64,000 nt of DNA from Octopus sinensis (taxonomy: Eukaryota): positions 130,572,001-130,636,000 of the forward strand of contig NC_043001.1 in NCBI RefSeq assembly GCF_006345805.1. The letters run 5' to 3'. The notes beneath the pieces are model-generated. The model was not told the DNA's origin. It made no database searches and saw only the letters and a list, made by a program, of their open reading frames with translations. The stretch's first letter is position 1, and each line of letters starts with the position of its first letter. Both the position numbers and the translations under genes were made by a program. Positions 27,302-41,835 of the stretch are shown here, one piece after another.

Positions 27302-28918
27302 TATCCCAGGGTATATAGCACTATAGCTTTGATAAGGTTTGATCCCTCAGTTATATGATCAATAGAGTAACACATCTTTTACAGTCCTTGCATGAAGCTG
27401 ATTACCCACCTATCCCAGAGGCTGTAGTCCTGCAAATTGCATGGTGACCTCAATAGTAGGGGTTGCATGAAAAAGAGCACCTAGTCCATGCTGTAAAGTG
27501 GTTGGCATTAGGAAGGGCACCCAGCTGTAAAATCCATGCGGAAGCAGACATTGGTGCTTGATGCAGTCCTTTGACACATTGGATCCTGTTAAACTGTCCA
27601 ACCATGCCAGTATGGAATATAGATGTGAAATGATGATGATGATGATGATGAAGTATTTCATGAGGTTATTTGTTCAATATTTTAGCTTTAGAAATTTGGA
27701 AAGGAAGTGCTGATCTTCAATCGTGGAGGGAACGTATGCAAGGGGCAGACCCAGAAAAAACAGGATGAAGTGGTGAGAAAGGATCTTCAGACATTGGGCC
27801 TCACATAGGACTGCTGGTGGTTGCTGTGTTTGAGAAGACATGTCAAGATAAGTAAAATCATGGCTGTCTATGTATTCTTCTCTCAGCCAAGAGACCCTAA
27901 GTCTTGTGGGCTCATGGATATTGGTGCCATTTAAAAGTACCCATACCTGTGTCATGTAAAAGCACCTGTGCAAGTAGCATATAAAAAGCACCCAGCATAC
28001 TCTATAAAATGGTTGGTGCTAAGAAGGGCATCCAGCCATAGGAACCATGCCAAAACAGATAAATGGAGCCTGGGCAATTCTTAAACTGGCCAGCTCTTGT
28101 CAAACCGTCCAACCCATGCCAGCATGGAAAATGGACATTTAAAGATGATGATGATGATATGTTAGAGATAAGAAGTGAGAAGGAAAAGAAAGAAAAGAAG
28201 GTAGACATACAGAGCAAAGACAAGGTATGGTGGAGGAGTATTACATTTTATACATATGAGTCTTGCAGTTCAAATTGTATTACTTACATTTCTATAAAGT
28301 AGCTATGGTGACCATTGTAGCAGAACAAACTTGTCTAACACATGATGGTGAATATCAAGACAAATATTCAATGCATTGATGATAATGGTAAAGATGAAGT
28401 TGAGGACGATGGTGATGAATTAATGTTTACATAAGCATCTTTGCATATGTATAAATGCAGATATGTGTATGAATATATGTTTCTGCATGTGTGTGTATGT
28501 ATGCATGTATGTATGTATGTATGTATGTATTATGTATGCATGTATGCATGTGCGTGCATGCATTTGTGTATATAAATATACATATTTATATATATGTGTG
28601 TACGTGTCTGTACATTTATATATATAGATATATATGATCATCTGTATATATATTTATGTATATATATATACTTATATATATATATGTTATGTCCACTTTT
28701 CTATGCTGACATGTGTCGGATGGCTTGTCATAGTCAGAGTCAGTTTTTATTCAGAGTTACTGCCCTCTTAGACAGGTCAGGAACCACAGCTCTCTTGTAG
28801 GTTGCACAAACACACATAAATATGCACACACACACACACACAATCATATTTAGGTTTGCATACATACATACATATATTTATATACACACACGCAAATTTG
28901 TGTTTAGGCATGGATGTA

Positions 28919-28966
<48 letters not shown>

Positions 28967-29219
28967 CATAGACACCACACACACACACAAACACACATTT
29001 CACATGCTCTCTCTCATGTATATTTTGAACTCCTTTGACAACCATATTCAGTGTACAGTGAAATGTAAAAACATCCTTCATAACAAATTTTGATCACTCC
29101 TATTTTCATTTCTTACCATTCTTTCAAGGAACTACAAACATCCTTTCACTGATCCATCAAACACAATATCTATGCATATCTGTTAAGGGTTAATGTAAAA
29201 AGCTGCTGCATTCTCTCTG

Positions 29220-29252
<33 letters not shown>

Positions 29253-30109
29253 TCTCTCTCTTGCTTTCTTTCTCTCATATGATATACACTATGGGAAATT
29301 AGAGTGCCATTATACAATATGTAATGGCATCTTCATTACTTACACACCGTACTGTAATATAATATGGCAGGTTTAGTGACAAGCTAGTTTCCATGCTGAA
29401 TAACTAGCTAGCTGGCCTCCTATCATTCTCTCAATCAGTTTATGCTCTCTATGAATCAATCAATACCTATCTGGACTATTGACCCAAACAACACATTCAA
29501 CCAGAAACCAATGGTAGAAGGAAACGTTCAATGGTATTTTCCTCTAAGAAAGAAGTAATGCTTAGACAATGTATTCCCCGAGGAGGTGTAATAAAGCAGA
29601 AACATGTCCAGAGTGTTGCTATACTACTATATATCAGGTTGATTTCCAACGACATTTTATATATAATTTATCTTAATTTAAATTAAAATTTTGTGGTTGT
29701 TTTCCTTGCCTTTTTTTTATCATCATTATGGGTGTGATTTTTAATTAGTTAAGATACCTTGATTTATTTCCTGAATTATGCTGGTACTCCACTTTGCTAT
29801 TTATTTTTCTTACTGTAGAAGAACCCTGTGTTTTTTTTTTTAGTGTCCACCAGTCATTCTTTAAAATTATTCCACTTCATTGTTTCAATTAAGATACACA
29901 GGAACCCATTCTGGCATCATGTAACAGCGCCCATGCTGGAGCCACATAAAAAAAAAACACCCAGCACACTTTGTAAAGTGACTGGTCTTAGGAAGGGCAT
30001 CCAGTTGTAAGAAACCAAGCCAGATCAAACTGGAACTTGGTGCAGCCCTCCTGCTTGCCAGGTCTGGTCAAGCCATCTTATCCATGCCAGCACTGAAAAC
30101 AGATGTTAA

Positions 30110-30140
<31 letters not shown>

Positions 30141-30824
30141 CATGGATGATGAGGAAAACAGATTTCATGATCCTAAGGTCACGGGTTTCTGGACTGAGGA
30201 GCATGTTGTATCCTCGTGCAAAGCACATCATTTCAATGTTGGTCCAGTCCACTAAGCTGAAAAGGAGTCGCAGCCAAATATTGGGCACAGCTCTTTTTCT
30301 CTCCAGTTGTCACATTCTTAATGTTCTGTTGGGTCAAGGATAGGAGCTCTGAGATGGTGACTATGTCTACTTATGACAACACAGTTGCCTAAAAACAATT
30401 AGTGAAATACATGATATAAGCAACCAGGTTATACTCACTTGTGAGTGATGGCAAATCTCTGCTTTTTTTTAACAAGAGATCACACTCTGCCATGAGTATC
30501 GCATATTTCTGGTGAAAGACTCTAATTGTGAACCTATTCAGTCACTTCTCTGAGAAGCAATTCCTTGAAATAGCATAACAGTGGTGGTAGTGGCAATAAT
30601 GGTAATGGTGGTAGTGGTTGTGGCAGTGATGATTGTGGTGGTAGTGGTGGTGGCAGTGGTGATTGTGGTGGTAGTGGTCATGGTAGGGGTGTGGCAGTGG
30701 TGGTATGGAAAGAGCTTTTTTGTTTCTAAAATTCTGGAAGGAATGCCATCCATACTTCAGTTCCTGATACAGAAACTCAGAGTAGCTGTTAAGTATTCCT
30801 CAGTCAGCATTTTACCAAACCCAT

Positions 30825-30996
30825 AGGCGCAGGAGTGGCTGTGTGGTAAGTAGCTTGCTAACCAACCACATGGTTCCGGGTTCAGTCCCACTGTGTGGCA
30901 TCTTGGGCAAGTGTCTTCTGCTATAGCCCCAGGCCAACCAATGCCTTGTGAGTGGATTTGGTAGACGGAAACTGAAAGAAGCCCGTCGTATATATG

Positions 30997-31027
<31 letters not shown>

Positions 31028-31219
31028 TTGTGTGTCTGTGTTTGTCCCCCTAGCATTGCTTGACAACCGATGCTGGTGTGTTTATGTACCCGTCACTTAA
31101 CAGTTCGGCAAAAGAGACCGATAGAATAAGTACTGGGCTTACAAAGAATAAGTCCCGGGGTCGATTTGCTCGACTAAAGGCGGTGCTCTAGCATGGCCAC
31201 AGTCAAATGACTGAAACAA

Positions 31220-31230
<11 letters not shown>
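30825..31230 (+). mobile_element. SINE family B
   Basis: Full-length copy followed by an (AG)n tail expansion. Confidence 0.85.
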
Positions 31231-31276
<46 letters not shown>

Positions 31277-31835
31277 ATTAAAAGGCTAAAATGCTGTTCC
31301 ACATTCTACTGCCCACATTTCTACTTCCCAAATCATCTCTGCTTTGAAACACATTCTCCAATGCATTCATCCCACTTTTAGTAAGACAGTAATGAATTTA
31401 GCATCTATTTTCACAGGATAAGGAACGAAACAGACTCCTTGAACTTAGTAATGCTTGATTAGAGGAAAATGCACTAGCATAGCAAGAGTGAGTGCAGCCC
31501 AGGGAGACCCTTAAGTTTGGTGCCACTGGGCTCCCACAAAAGATACATGTTGCCTACAGCAAAACCAAAAGTGGCGCCACCCCCATAAAAGTGCTGCCTG
31601 GAGCAGACCACTCCTTCTTCTCCCCTCTAGCTATGCTGGTGTGAAAATGTTCCCAACAGGTATAAAAGAAATAGAAAGTACATTTCTGAGAATAGCTCCA
31701 AATATTTAACTGAAATTTTTCTCCATTTGCATTGAGGCTTCAGCTTCATGTATAAATCACAAATGTTTTAAAAGTTCTTTAATATTTTCTTCTGTAAAAA
31801 TTTTATCCTATAAAATATTTTTTTTGTTATTTTAT

Positions 31836-32303
31836 TCTTTTACTTGTTTCAATCATTTGACTGTAGTCATGTTGAAACACCACCTTAAAGAGTTTTTAGT
31901 TGAAGCAATCAACCCCAGAACTTACTCTTTGTAAGCCCAGTACTTATCCTATTCATCTCTTTTGCTGAACCGCTAAGTTATGGGGCCATAAACACTTCAG
32001 TATCAATTGTCAAGCGATGGTCGGGAGACAAACATACACACACACACACATGCACACACACACGCACACACACGCACACACACACACACACACACATGCA
32101 CACACACACACACACATGCACACACACACACACATATATATGCAGGTTTCTTTCAGTTTCTGTCTACCAAATCCACTCACAAGGCTTTGGTCAGCCCAAG
32201 GCTGTAGTAGAAGACACTTTCCCAAGGTGTCACACAGTGGGATTGAACCCAGAACCATGTGGTTGGGAAGCAAGCTTCTTACCACACAACCATGCCAGTG
32301 CCT
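31836..32303 (-). mobile_element. SINE family B (older)
   Basis: Reverse-complement copy with an expanded (CA)n. Confidence 0.75.
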
Positions 32304-32984
32304 ATATACATTGTATTCTATAAACAATTTGTCAAATAAATTACCTTATAAACATTTTATCCTATATACATTTTCTCTTAGAAACACCTTGTCTCATTAA
32401 TGTTATGTTCTATAAACAGTGTATCCTCTAAACATTTTGTCCTATAATGTTGATGTCATAAGAATTTATAAACATTCAACTCGCTTATGGAAAACATCTT
32501 CCAGGCTAGATTCCCAAAGTGGAAGGAATGCTGGTACTAGCACTGGTATAGTGCTGTGCAAGGTGACTATTTCAAAGGGAATGATGCTAAAACTTAGGTA
32601 AATAAGTTATTTTTTTTATCAAACATAAATAGTCTGGGAACCTTTTGATACCACCTTGTAAAGCTATAAATGATAGCAAGAAAGTACTGGCTGCAAATTT
32701 TAGTGCAAGGCCAGCAAGTTCAAGGAAGTGGGTAAGCCAATTACATTGACCCTGGGACTCAACTGGTACTCGTTTCATCAACCCCAAAAGGATGAAAGGC
32801 AAAGTGGACCTTAGTGAAATTTGAACCAAGAATGTAATGATGACCAAACTGCTGCCAAGCATTTTGTCCAGGAATAGCATATAGATATTGGGATGAAAGC
32901 TCTTTTTGGATAGAAAAAGTTAAACACCACCCATATTTTTATTAATACTTTTATATGTACATCAAGATCTGATTTCAAACAAAG

Positions 32985-33190
32985 AATTTTTTATGTATAT
33001 TTTGTCCAATAAATATTTTTATTCGAAAATTATTTTGTTCAAAAAATATTTTATACTATAAAAATTTCGTTCTATAAATAATTTCTCCTGTATATATTTT
33101 GTCTTATAAGCATTTAGCTCTATAAGTATTTTGTACAGCAAAAATTTGTCCTATAAGCAATTTCTCCTATAAAAATTTTGTCCCAAACTA
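32985..33190. repeat. degenerate tandem array of about 19-21 bp (ttttgtcctataaa-like)
   Basis: The motif recurs about 9 times; related units occur at 31790-31820 and 32305-32470. Confidence 0.65.
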
Positions 33191-33750
33191 AATATCACCA
33201 GCAATATTAGAGGAAGAAAACAATTTTTTACATGGTAGCCTTTTTGTCTAATTAGTTCTCAGCAATTACAATGCTCTCAATTATCAGATGAAACTTGTAA
33301 TCTATATCCAGCTATCCTATATTATTTCAATAAATAAATATCTGTACCAAATTTGTTTCTAATCTTTTAATTAAATAGACTCTAAAGGTTCATTGCTTAG
33401 CCTTTCTATATAAACTAAGGAAGAGCAAAGCAAAGTGTGTTGGGAGGGTGGAGGCAAAGAAAAGCAAATAGTGAAGAAATTAATTTTAGTTTTCAGTAAA
33501 TATATTCTAATCTTGGCATCAGATATGACACCAGTTTTGACAATCAAGAATAAATGTTTTCCTTTGCACTCAGCTTTTATAGGTGGCGCATATTGTATGA
33601 TGCTATGATGTTTGCCAAGACAACTTGAATGATGTCAGTTGACAAAGAGAATAACAATAAATTATTTGAAAACAGTTTCCAAAGCAAAAAAAAAGAAAAA
33701 AGAAAAAAAGAACAGCCAAGATTACAAACTCTGGACATTTTTAATAATGC

Positions 33751-33799
<49 letters not shown>

Positions 33800-33838
33800 A
33801 CAGCAACAAAAACTATAATAATAATGATAATAATAATA

Positions 33839-33898
<60 letters not shown>

Positions 33899-33965
33899 TA
33901 ATAATAACAACAACAACAGCAACAACATCAACAGCAATAGCAGTGATGATAATAGTAAGAAGAAT
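33751..33965 (+). repeat. compound trinucleotide microsatellite (GTA)n-(AAT)n-(AAC)n
   Basis: Read directly from the sequence. Confidence 0.95.
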
Positions 33966-34862
33966 AGTAATTATATATCAACAAGAAAACTGTGAACTTA
34001 TCTTTAAGATGGAGGAAGGTTATCTCAGAGACTCTGACAGTCTACTGATTGTAACCTTAAATTGATTAATAAATTCTAAACAATATACATCACAGTAACT
34101 TTTGAAGCAATATTTTGAAAGACCTTTGTCAGAAAAAGTAACTTATACACAGATATGAGTTTAGTATCAAATGGGGTGAGAGTTAAATGCCCTGCATTGT
34201 TTTATCATACTTTTGAGATTGACAAAGATGCTTGCATGTGAAATACTAACATTTGTGTCTTGTTCTGAACCACCTTATACTAATCCAATCGATCCATCTA
34301 CTTATACATACATGCATACATACATACACTGAAAACTTCATTTTATTTTAATTTTATTTATTTATTTATTTTTTTTGCTTTTGCCATATAGATGTGGGTA
34401 AGAAGTTTGTTTCCCAAACACATACATCTGGGTTCAATCTCACTGCATGGCAGCTTAGGCAAGTGTTTTCTAGCCAGGTCCAACCAAAGTCTTTTGTAAG
34501 TGGATTTGGTAGATGAAAACTGAAAGCAGCCTGTTGTTTTTATCTGTGTATGTCTTTGTGTTTGTGTCCTGCTCCACACAGCTTGACAACCAATGTTGGT
34601 TTGTTTACATCCCCATAACTTTGCAGTTTGGCGAAAGTGACCAACAGAATAAATACTGGGGTCAATTCGTTTGATTAAAAACAAAACCTTAAAAGTAGCA
34701 CCCCAGCATGGCCGCAGCCCAATGACTGAGGCAAGTAAAAATAAAAAATAAAAGTAGAAATTGAAGCATAAAAAAATTGTTGGAATTAATCTATGAAATG
34801 AGACATTGTGTTAACGAGGAGCAGACATATGACTAATGATAGGCTGGGGCTAAAATATATCT

Positions 34863-35238
34863 TCAGCACATGGTTCCGGGTTCAGTCCCACTGCGTGGCA
34901 TCTTGGGCGAGTGTCTTCTACTATAGCCTTGGGCCGACCAAAGCCTTGTGAGTGGATTTGGTAGACGGAAACAGAAAGAAGCCCGTCGTATATGTGTATA
35001 TATATATATATGTGTGCGTGTATGTTTGTGTGTCTGTGTTTGTCCCCCTAGCATTGCTTGACAACCGATGCTGGTGTGTTTATGTCCCCGTCACTTAACG
35101 GTTTGGCAAAAGAGACCGATAGAATAAGTAGTGGGCTTACAAAGAATAAGTCCCGGGGTCGAGTTGCTCGACTAAAGGCGGTGCTCCAGCATGGCCACAG
35201 TCAACTGACTGAAACAAGTAAAAGAGAAAGTAAAGAGT
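34863..35238 (+). mobile_element. SINE family B, 5'-truncated
   Basis: Begins at cacatggttccggg; the remainder matches the family. Confidence 0.8.
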
Positions 35239-37854
35239 ACAACTGGGACTAGTTAATGCACACATTTAAAAAGACAGGTGCTTGGTTGGGATTGTATAAG
35301 AAAGTGTGGATAATAAAGCCAGGTGAGAGCATCTTTGCCTTGTAAGTTACTTGGCAACTCTACTGGTGCTGGTGCTGTGTAAAAAACAGCAGTGTTGATG
35401 GCACATAAAAAGAACCCAATATACTTTGTAATGTGGTTGACATTCGGAATGGCATCCAGCCATAGAAATTATGCCAAAGCAAGCGAGTAATAGAGCCCGA
35501 TGCAATTCTCTGGCTTGCCAACCCCTGTCAAATCATCCAGCATGGAATTAACGCAAGCATGGAAATGGGCATTAATTGATGATGGTGATGATGACGATGA
35601 TGATGTTAGATTCTGTTTTATTTTAATATTCTGCAGTTATTTTATATTTTCGTTGTAAAACATGAATACTTGAAGAAAGGATCTTGTCCAGGATGAAGTA
35701 CTAAAGAGCTGCTTTATGCTTTTGATATGATATAGCTTTAAGGAAACAGTTAACTCATACAGAGTTCCTAAGGATTACCTAACAAGAGCAATACCGATAC
35801 TTGATTTGGTACAGGTGAAAAGATACAGGTGTTTTTCAAATATTTACAATATTGTAAATATTTAATGGTCAGTGCTTCAATTATAAGACTACTAAGGAAT
35901 GGTCCCAGAAATTATAATTGTTGTTGTATTCGAGAAAACTGAATCAACGAAATTCAGAAGAACGCCAACATAGAAAAAAGCTTTCAATGAAGTTTTTTTT
36001 TTTAAGTGTGTCGCATTATGATTTTCACAGAAGAGTTTCTTTAAATGTGAATGAATGAATGAAAGAAGGAAAGAAGGAAATAAAACCAAGGAGAGAAGAA
36101 CGAAGAAATGAGAAAAAAGAAAAAAGAAAAAAGAAAAAGAAAGAAAGAAAGAGAAGAATCAAGAAAGAAAGAAAGACGTAAAGAAAGAAAGAAATTAAAA
36201 TAAAAGTGGAAAAGACAAATGAAAACAAATAAAAGGCTGTGGTCACCATAGCAACTAATCTAAGAATGTTTATCTTGAGATTAGAATAAAATTGATGAAT
36301 TGTAAAGATTATCATAAAATAAATCTACCCCATAAGCTCTTAATTACAGTAGAACTAAAACTGAGCAAGCACGTGTATGTGTGTGTGTGTGTATTTATGT
36401 ATTGATATAGATTAGTAAGGAATTTGCTGCTTAAACTGCTGCTGGTGCCATGAAATCTATGAGGGTGGGAAGAAAGTGAGAGCGGAGGAAAGCTTCTTAG
36501 ATGAACCGGTATCTTGAAAACCCATTGAAATGTGCTATTTTGTTTGTATAGAGATGTTCTTTGTTGTTATTACTTCATGCTTTAACTTGAACAATCTTGT
36601 CCACTGGCACCAACAGCCTAAATTAATTAACACGGAAATACTGTTAAGTGGACAAAGCTGTAGTAGTGAATTGGAAGAGTTATTAGTGGGTTGGATAGGA
36701 TAGCCATGCAGTTTTTGTTCTAGCTCTCTGCTGTCTGAGTTCAAATCCTGCTGAGATCAACATTGCCTTTCATCTTTTTAGGGTTGAATAAAAAGCGTCA
36801 AATCAAGGCAGAGAATTTGGCAGAACTATCAGACTCTCAGAAAAGAAACCCTGTAGTATTTGTTCTGGATCTTTGCATTCTGATGACAGCAATGTTTGCA
36901 ATGATACTGCTGTTGAGTTGAATCCAACCCTAATATAGTGGCCTCTACTTTGGACAACATTGTTGGCATAGAGAGAAAAAGTACTTGCATGCATGAGCAA
37001 CTACTAGCTCACCCTCAAAATAGCTTGCCCTTGCTGAGGCCTGTACAAACAGTCAAAACTGATGATGGAGGTCTTGCATGGACAATATTGTAACTTATAA
37101 TCTAGGAAAATATTCAGAAGTTTTACTTATATGGAAGAGCCTACATTTGAAGGTTAACCATGCCTGTGCATGTGTATGCACAAGACTGGACAAAATTGCC
37201 AGTTCAAGCGAGTATCTGCTCTCTAAACCATCAAATGCCATCCGCTGCATTAGGGCCAAAGCAGCTTGGCACCAGTATTGTTGCAGGTATTACTGTCAGA
37301 ATAATAAAGGGCCAGAATAGGTACCACAAGGAAACGCATCTAACCCCCTAACAATACCATCAATTCACTATCTTGAATTGGTACTACTTTACTGACTTCC
37401 TACCACAATTAAGGAAAGGCAAAGCTGACCTTTGTGGAATCTGAACTGTCTGCGACTAGCACTATTCGCTGGTGCCAGTAACAGTAAAATTGATGCAAGC
37501 TTTATTCATTTATTGCAGTGGATTCAAAATCCTTCCATCAGCATGATCAAAAATGGAATTTCATCTCAGTTTTAATCAGTGATGCAAATGAAGAGAAAAA
37601 GCTGTGCTTGGATAACATTTAAGCTCATATTTTACTTGTTTCAGTCATTAGACTGCAGTCATGCTGGAGCACCACCTTGAAGAATTTTCAGTTGAATGAA
37701 TCAACCCTAGTACTTACTTTTTGTTAAGCCTGGTACTTATTTTACTAGTATCTTTGCTAAACCTCTAAGTTACAGGGACATAAACACACCAACACCAGTT
37801 GTCAAGCAGTACTAGGAGACTGGCAGTACTAGGAGACAAGCAGTACTAGGAGAC

Positions 37855-38089
37855 TGCGGCGAGCTGGCAGAAACGTTAGCATGCCGGGCGAAATGCTTAG
37901 CGGTATTTCATCTGCGTTACGTTGTGAGTTCAATTTCCGCCGAGGTCGACTTTGCCTTTCATCCTTTCGGGGTCGATAAATTAAGTACCAGTTATGCACT
38001 GGGGTCGATGTAATCGACTTAATACCTATGTCTGTCCTTGTTTGTCCGCTCTGTGTTTAGCCCCTTTGTGGGTAATAAAGAAATAAGTA
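37855..38089 (+). mobile_element. SINE family A nested in a minus-strand family B copy
   Basis: Target motif agtactagga is present three times on the left and once on the right. Confidence 0.85.
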
Positions 38090-38909
38090 CTAGGAAACAA
38101 ACACAGCCATGCCTATGTTTATAGTACCTAACTCCTACAGAAAAGTTGGGTATAAGAGTAAAAGAATAAATGAATATAAGTATATATATATAAGTGAGAT
38201 TAAGTTGAAGCACCAAGTCAGTGCGGAATTGTTCGTACTACTCAAAGTAAGGTGAATAAAATCAAATTACACATTTCCTAAAATCCTGAGAATACTTATC
38301 AACATACTCAACCATAAACTGTCAACTTACTCCATTTATCCATTCTAAACAAACACTGTCCACTAACCTCAGATTTGGTAGTTGATAAAAAAGACTAATA
38401 AATTATAAATGAACCACAATCCTTAACAAGCTTTGACCCTAACAAACTTCACACAGATCTTAAAAGTGTAATACATTTTGAGCCACATTAGTAGCGACAT
38501 GGACTTATACGCTCTTCTTGCTCTATTATTAAGTAAAATTATATTAATGTGTCCAACTGATTAAAAATTTCTATATATTTTCACAGCTGAGGATAGCCCT
38601 GCATTTAAAGTGATGTAATGATTGCATTGTTCAATTAAATGGAGCAGCTTGAAACGGTCTTACTGCATCACCTCTTGATATCCTGTTGCTTATTTTGATA
38701 TATATATATATATAAAAAAACTTAGATAAAAACTTAGATATGTTTCGACCAGAGATTGGTCCAGGCCATGTCTAACTTAATAGCACCACCTGATAGGATT
38801 ATTCGAATCCTGTTTAAGTCAAGTTTTGTTCAAGTAGTGAGTTCTTGTTGGGTGAGTTGTATCCAGTTTTGTTCAAGTAGTGAGTTCTTGTTGGGTGAGT
38901 TGTATCCAA

Positions 38910-40756
38910 TTATGGGTGGCTTGTCTGGTATTCTTTGAAGGAATCATCCAGACTCTGTTTGAAGTTGATGGGATCCTTTTCCTCTTTGATCTCCCTCGGG
39001 ACAATGTTAAATAGGGCAGGGCCTGTTGAGGAAAAGAAATTATGTTGCAGTGTACATGTATGTTGTGATCTTGAATTTGGCAGGGGACGTATAGCCCGTG
39101 GTCCAAGTCTCGGATGAACCTTGAAGCTAATGTTTAGGTCGTTTGGGCAAAGTTGGCGGTATATTTTCCACATCGTACAAATGATGTACCGCTCACGGCG
39201 ACGCTGGAGGGAGTAAAGTTTCAAGGCTTTAAGGCGATCCCAATAGTCGAGAGCAGCCATGCCTTCAATTTGTTTTAGTGAGAGCCCTCTGGGGTGACTC
39301 AATTCTGGAGATGTTTTGTCTTGTGTGAGGAGACCACAGTGGGCAGCAGTATTCAAGGTGTGGCCGTACAAAGGATGAAAAAAGTGGTATGATGACACCT
39401 TGTTCTCTGGACCGGAAAGTTCTTAAGATCCAGGAACTCATCCTACGAGCTGTATCGACCTTCTTGTTGATGTGTGCACTCCAACTGAGATCGTCATCAA
39501 CAATTACACCCAGGTCTCTGATATTGTTAGAGGCTGTGAGCGGTTCCCCTGAAGGAAGAGAGTATGGTTGTTTTAGTGAGGAATTTCTTCCAAAATGCAT
39601 CAGCTCAAATTTTCCCTCATTCAGTTGCATTTTGTTTCTGTCTGCCCATTGACTCACAGCATATAGGTCAGACTGGAGTTGAGTTCGGTCTGCTTCTTCA
39701 TTGACGATTTGCTGGAGCTTAGTGTCATCAGCGAATATTTTCACTTTGCAGTGATGTACGACACTGGAAAGGTCGTTTACATATGAAGAGTAGCGGACCC
39801 AAAACAGTTCCCTGGAGAACACCGCTGGTGACTTTTGCTGGGTTTGAGTGGACTCCATCAACTACAACATGTTGTGTTCTATTCGCTAGGAAATACTGAA
39901 TCCAGTGTAGAACTTTTCCACGGATTCCAACATTTGCCAATTTTGAGAGTAGGATGTTATGGTCTACCCTGTCAAACGCTTTACTGAAGTCAAGGTATAT
40001 GACGTCAGAGTTCGAACCTGTTCCCAAGGCTTTGAGTACATCTTCAATGTGGTGTAAGAGCTGTGTTAGACAGTCCCTGCCACAGCGAAAGCCATGTTGA
40101 TTTGAATTTAGGAGTTTGTGGGTCTCCAGGAAGTCAGCTATCCTTGATCTTAACACTCTTTCAAACACTTTAATGATGTGGGAGGTGAGTGAGATTGGGC
40201 GATAGTTGACTGCGAGGGATCTGTTTCCCTGTTTGAAAACCGGGATGACTGACTGGGATAGAAACTTTTTCGGTATATAACCTGCGTCTAACGAGTTTCT
40301 CCAGAGGTTGGTCAGAGGGACTGCAAGTTGATATCTACATTCCTTCAGGAGACTGGCGGAAAATCTATCAGGGCCTACAGTGGAGTAATGTTTGACCTCA
40401 TTTATTGCTGCTACGATGTCGGTGGCAGTGAAGGTTATGTCTGCGATTTTGTGTTGGGAGTCAGCTTCGTTCGTTTCCCTCACATCAATATCAGTGGGAA
40501 CACTGAAGACAGAGCAATATTGTTTCTGCAGTATTTCTGCCATTTCTTTAGCATCGTGTTGGGGAATGCCTTTTTCATCAATCAATGGCCCAATAGGTGA
40601 GACAGTGGTTCTATGCTTATTTGCATAAGAATAGAACACTTTTGGGTTCTGTTTGATGTTTTTGATTACCCATTGTTCCTCCACAGCTCTTTGATTTTCA
40701 ATGGAGGTTTTCATGTTAGTCTGCAGATGAAGTTTTTCCAGCTCTAGTCTTTTCAT
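38910..40756 (-). pseudogene. LINE ORF2 reverse transcriptase and C-terminus (three frames)
   Basis: NYRPISLTS, NQHGFR, YLDFSKAFDRVDH, SGVLQGTVLGPLLF, then (after a shift) YVNDL...KIFADDTKL, RPHLEYCCPLWSP, and (after another shift) LYSLQRRRERY. Confidence 0.92.
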
Positions 40757-40791
40757 TGTTGTTGAATGTGGATGTTGCGTGTGGGAATATT

Positions 40792-41835
40792 TTAATTGGT
40801 TGATTTTTTTTGTTGAGTCTTTTGATGCGCCTGATGAGTGTTTTTTTTCTTTTTAGGGAGCCGGTTTCTGTTTGTGTTAGTAGATTTCTTGGGAGCGTGT
40901 TTAGAGCATGTGTCGGTGACAATGGTTTCAAAGTGCTGCCACGCGGTCTCAATATGAGGGGAATTGAGAGTAAAAGACCAGTCGATGGAAGACAGATCCT
41001 TTCTGATTGTTCCCCAGTCCGCTTTGTGGAAATTTATGTTGTCAAATGGGTGCCATGGAGTGGGATTGGCTGGTTTGGTTTTTATACGTCGGGAATTAAG
41101 ATTGCAGAGTACCATGTCGTGGTCTGAGAGGAGAGTTTTTTCGACTGAAATGCTGTGAACGTAGCTAGAGTGATTGGTCAGTATCAGATCCAAGATCGTT
41201 TTATTCTGTCTCGTTGGTTCAAGCACTAGCTGAGTCAGGAAATACTCATCCATCAGATTAAAGAGCAGTTCTGCTGCTGCCCTATCTGATGTAGAGCACT
41301 TGCCTAACTTCGGAGTATTTGTGGGCCAGTTCACATGAGGGAGGTTAAAATCACCCATCACTATTATGTTTCCTGAGTGGTACTTCCGAAGGAAGGACTT
41401 GACTTTGCTAAGGCACTCTTCAAAGTACTTTAGAGGTGCCTGGGGAGGCCTGTAAAGACCAACAATGGTTATGTCCTTGGCTTTGTTGTATACTGATACC
41501 GATTCACAGTAGCCATTGGAAAATGTGTCCTTGGCATCAAGTGAAAAGGAGTCATGGATAAAGATGGCTGTCCCTCCCTTATTTCGGTCTGTGCGATCCG
41601 CACGAACAATGGTGAAATCTTTTATTTTCACCTCTGCGTCCATATGGGTGTTGTTCAGGTGAGTCTCGGTAAGGATAAAGAAAGGGAAGCAATGTGCCAT
41701 TTCGGCAAGCCAACTCTCTATATATGGGATCTTCCATTTTTGGGCAATAATTGATGGGTTGATGCCACGTACATTTAACAGGAATGTCGAGGTAAGGGAA
41801 GTTGGTAATGGGTGAGTGGTCCTTGTGATTTGCAT
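40792..41835 (-). pseudogene. LINE ORF2 apurinic-endonuclease domain
   Basis: Track ORF contains LNVRGIN, ILTETHL, GGTAIFI, VGLYRPP, GDFNLPHVNW, EPTRQNKTILDLILTN and SDHDMVL, all standard APE/EEP motifs. Frameshift in an A-run near 40800-40850. Confidence 0.9.

Noticed and set aside
38577-38617. ttttcacag|CTGAGGATAGCCCTGCATTTAAAGTGATGTAA as a possible terminal exon
   Set aside because: Only 10 codons and no upstream exon or homology evidence.
38740-38775. gacc/ggtc stem followed by GAAAC on the minus strand
   Set aside because: No CUGANGA box; better explained as the LINE 3' UTR stem-loop.
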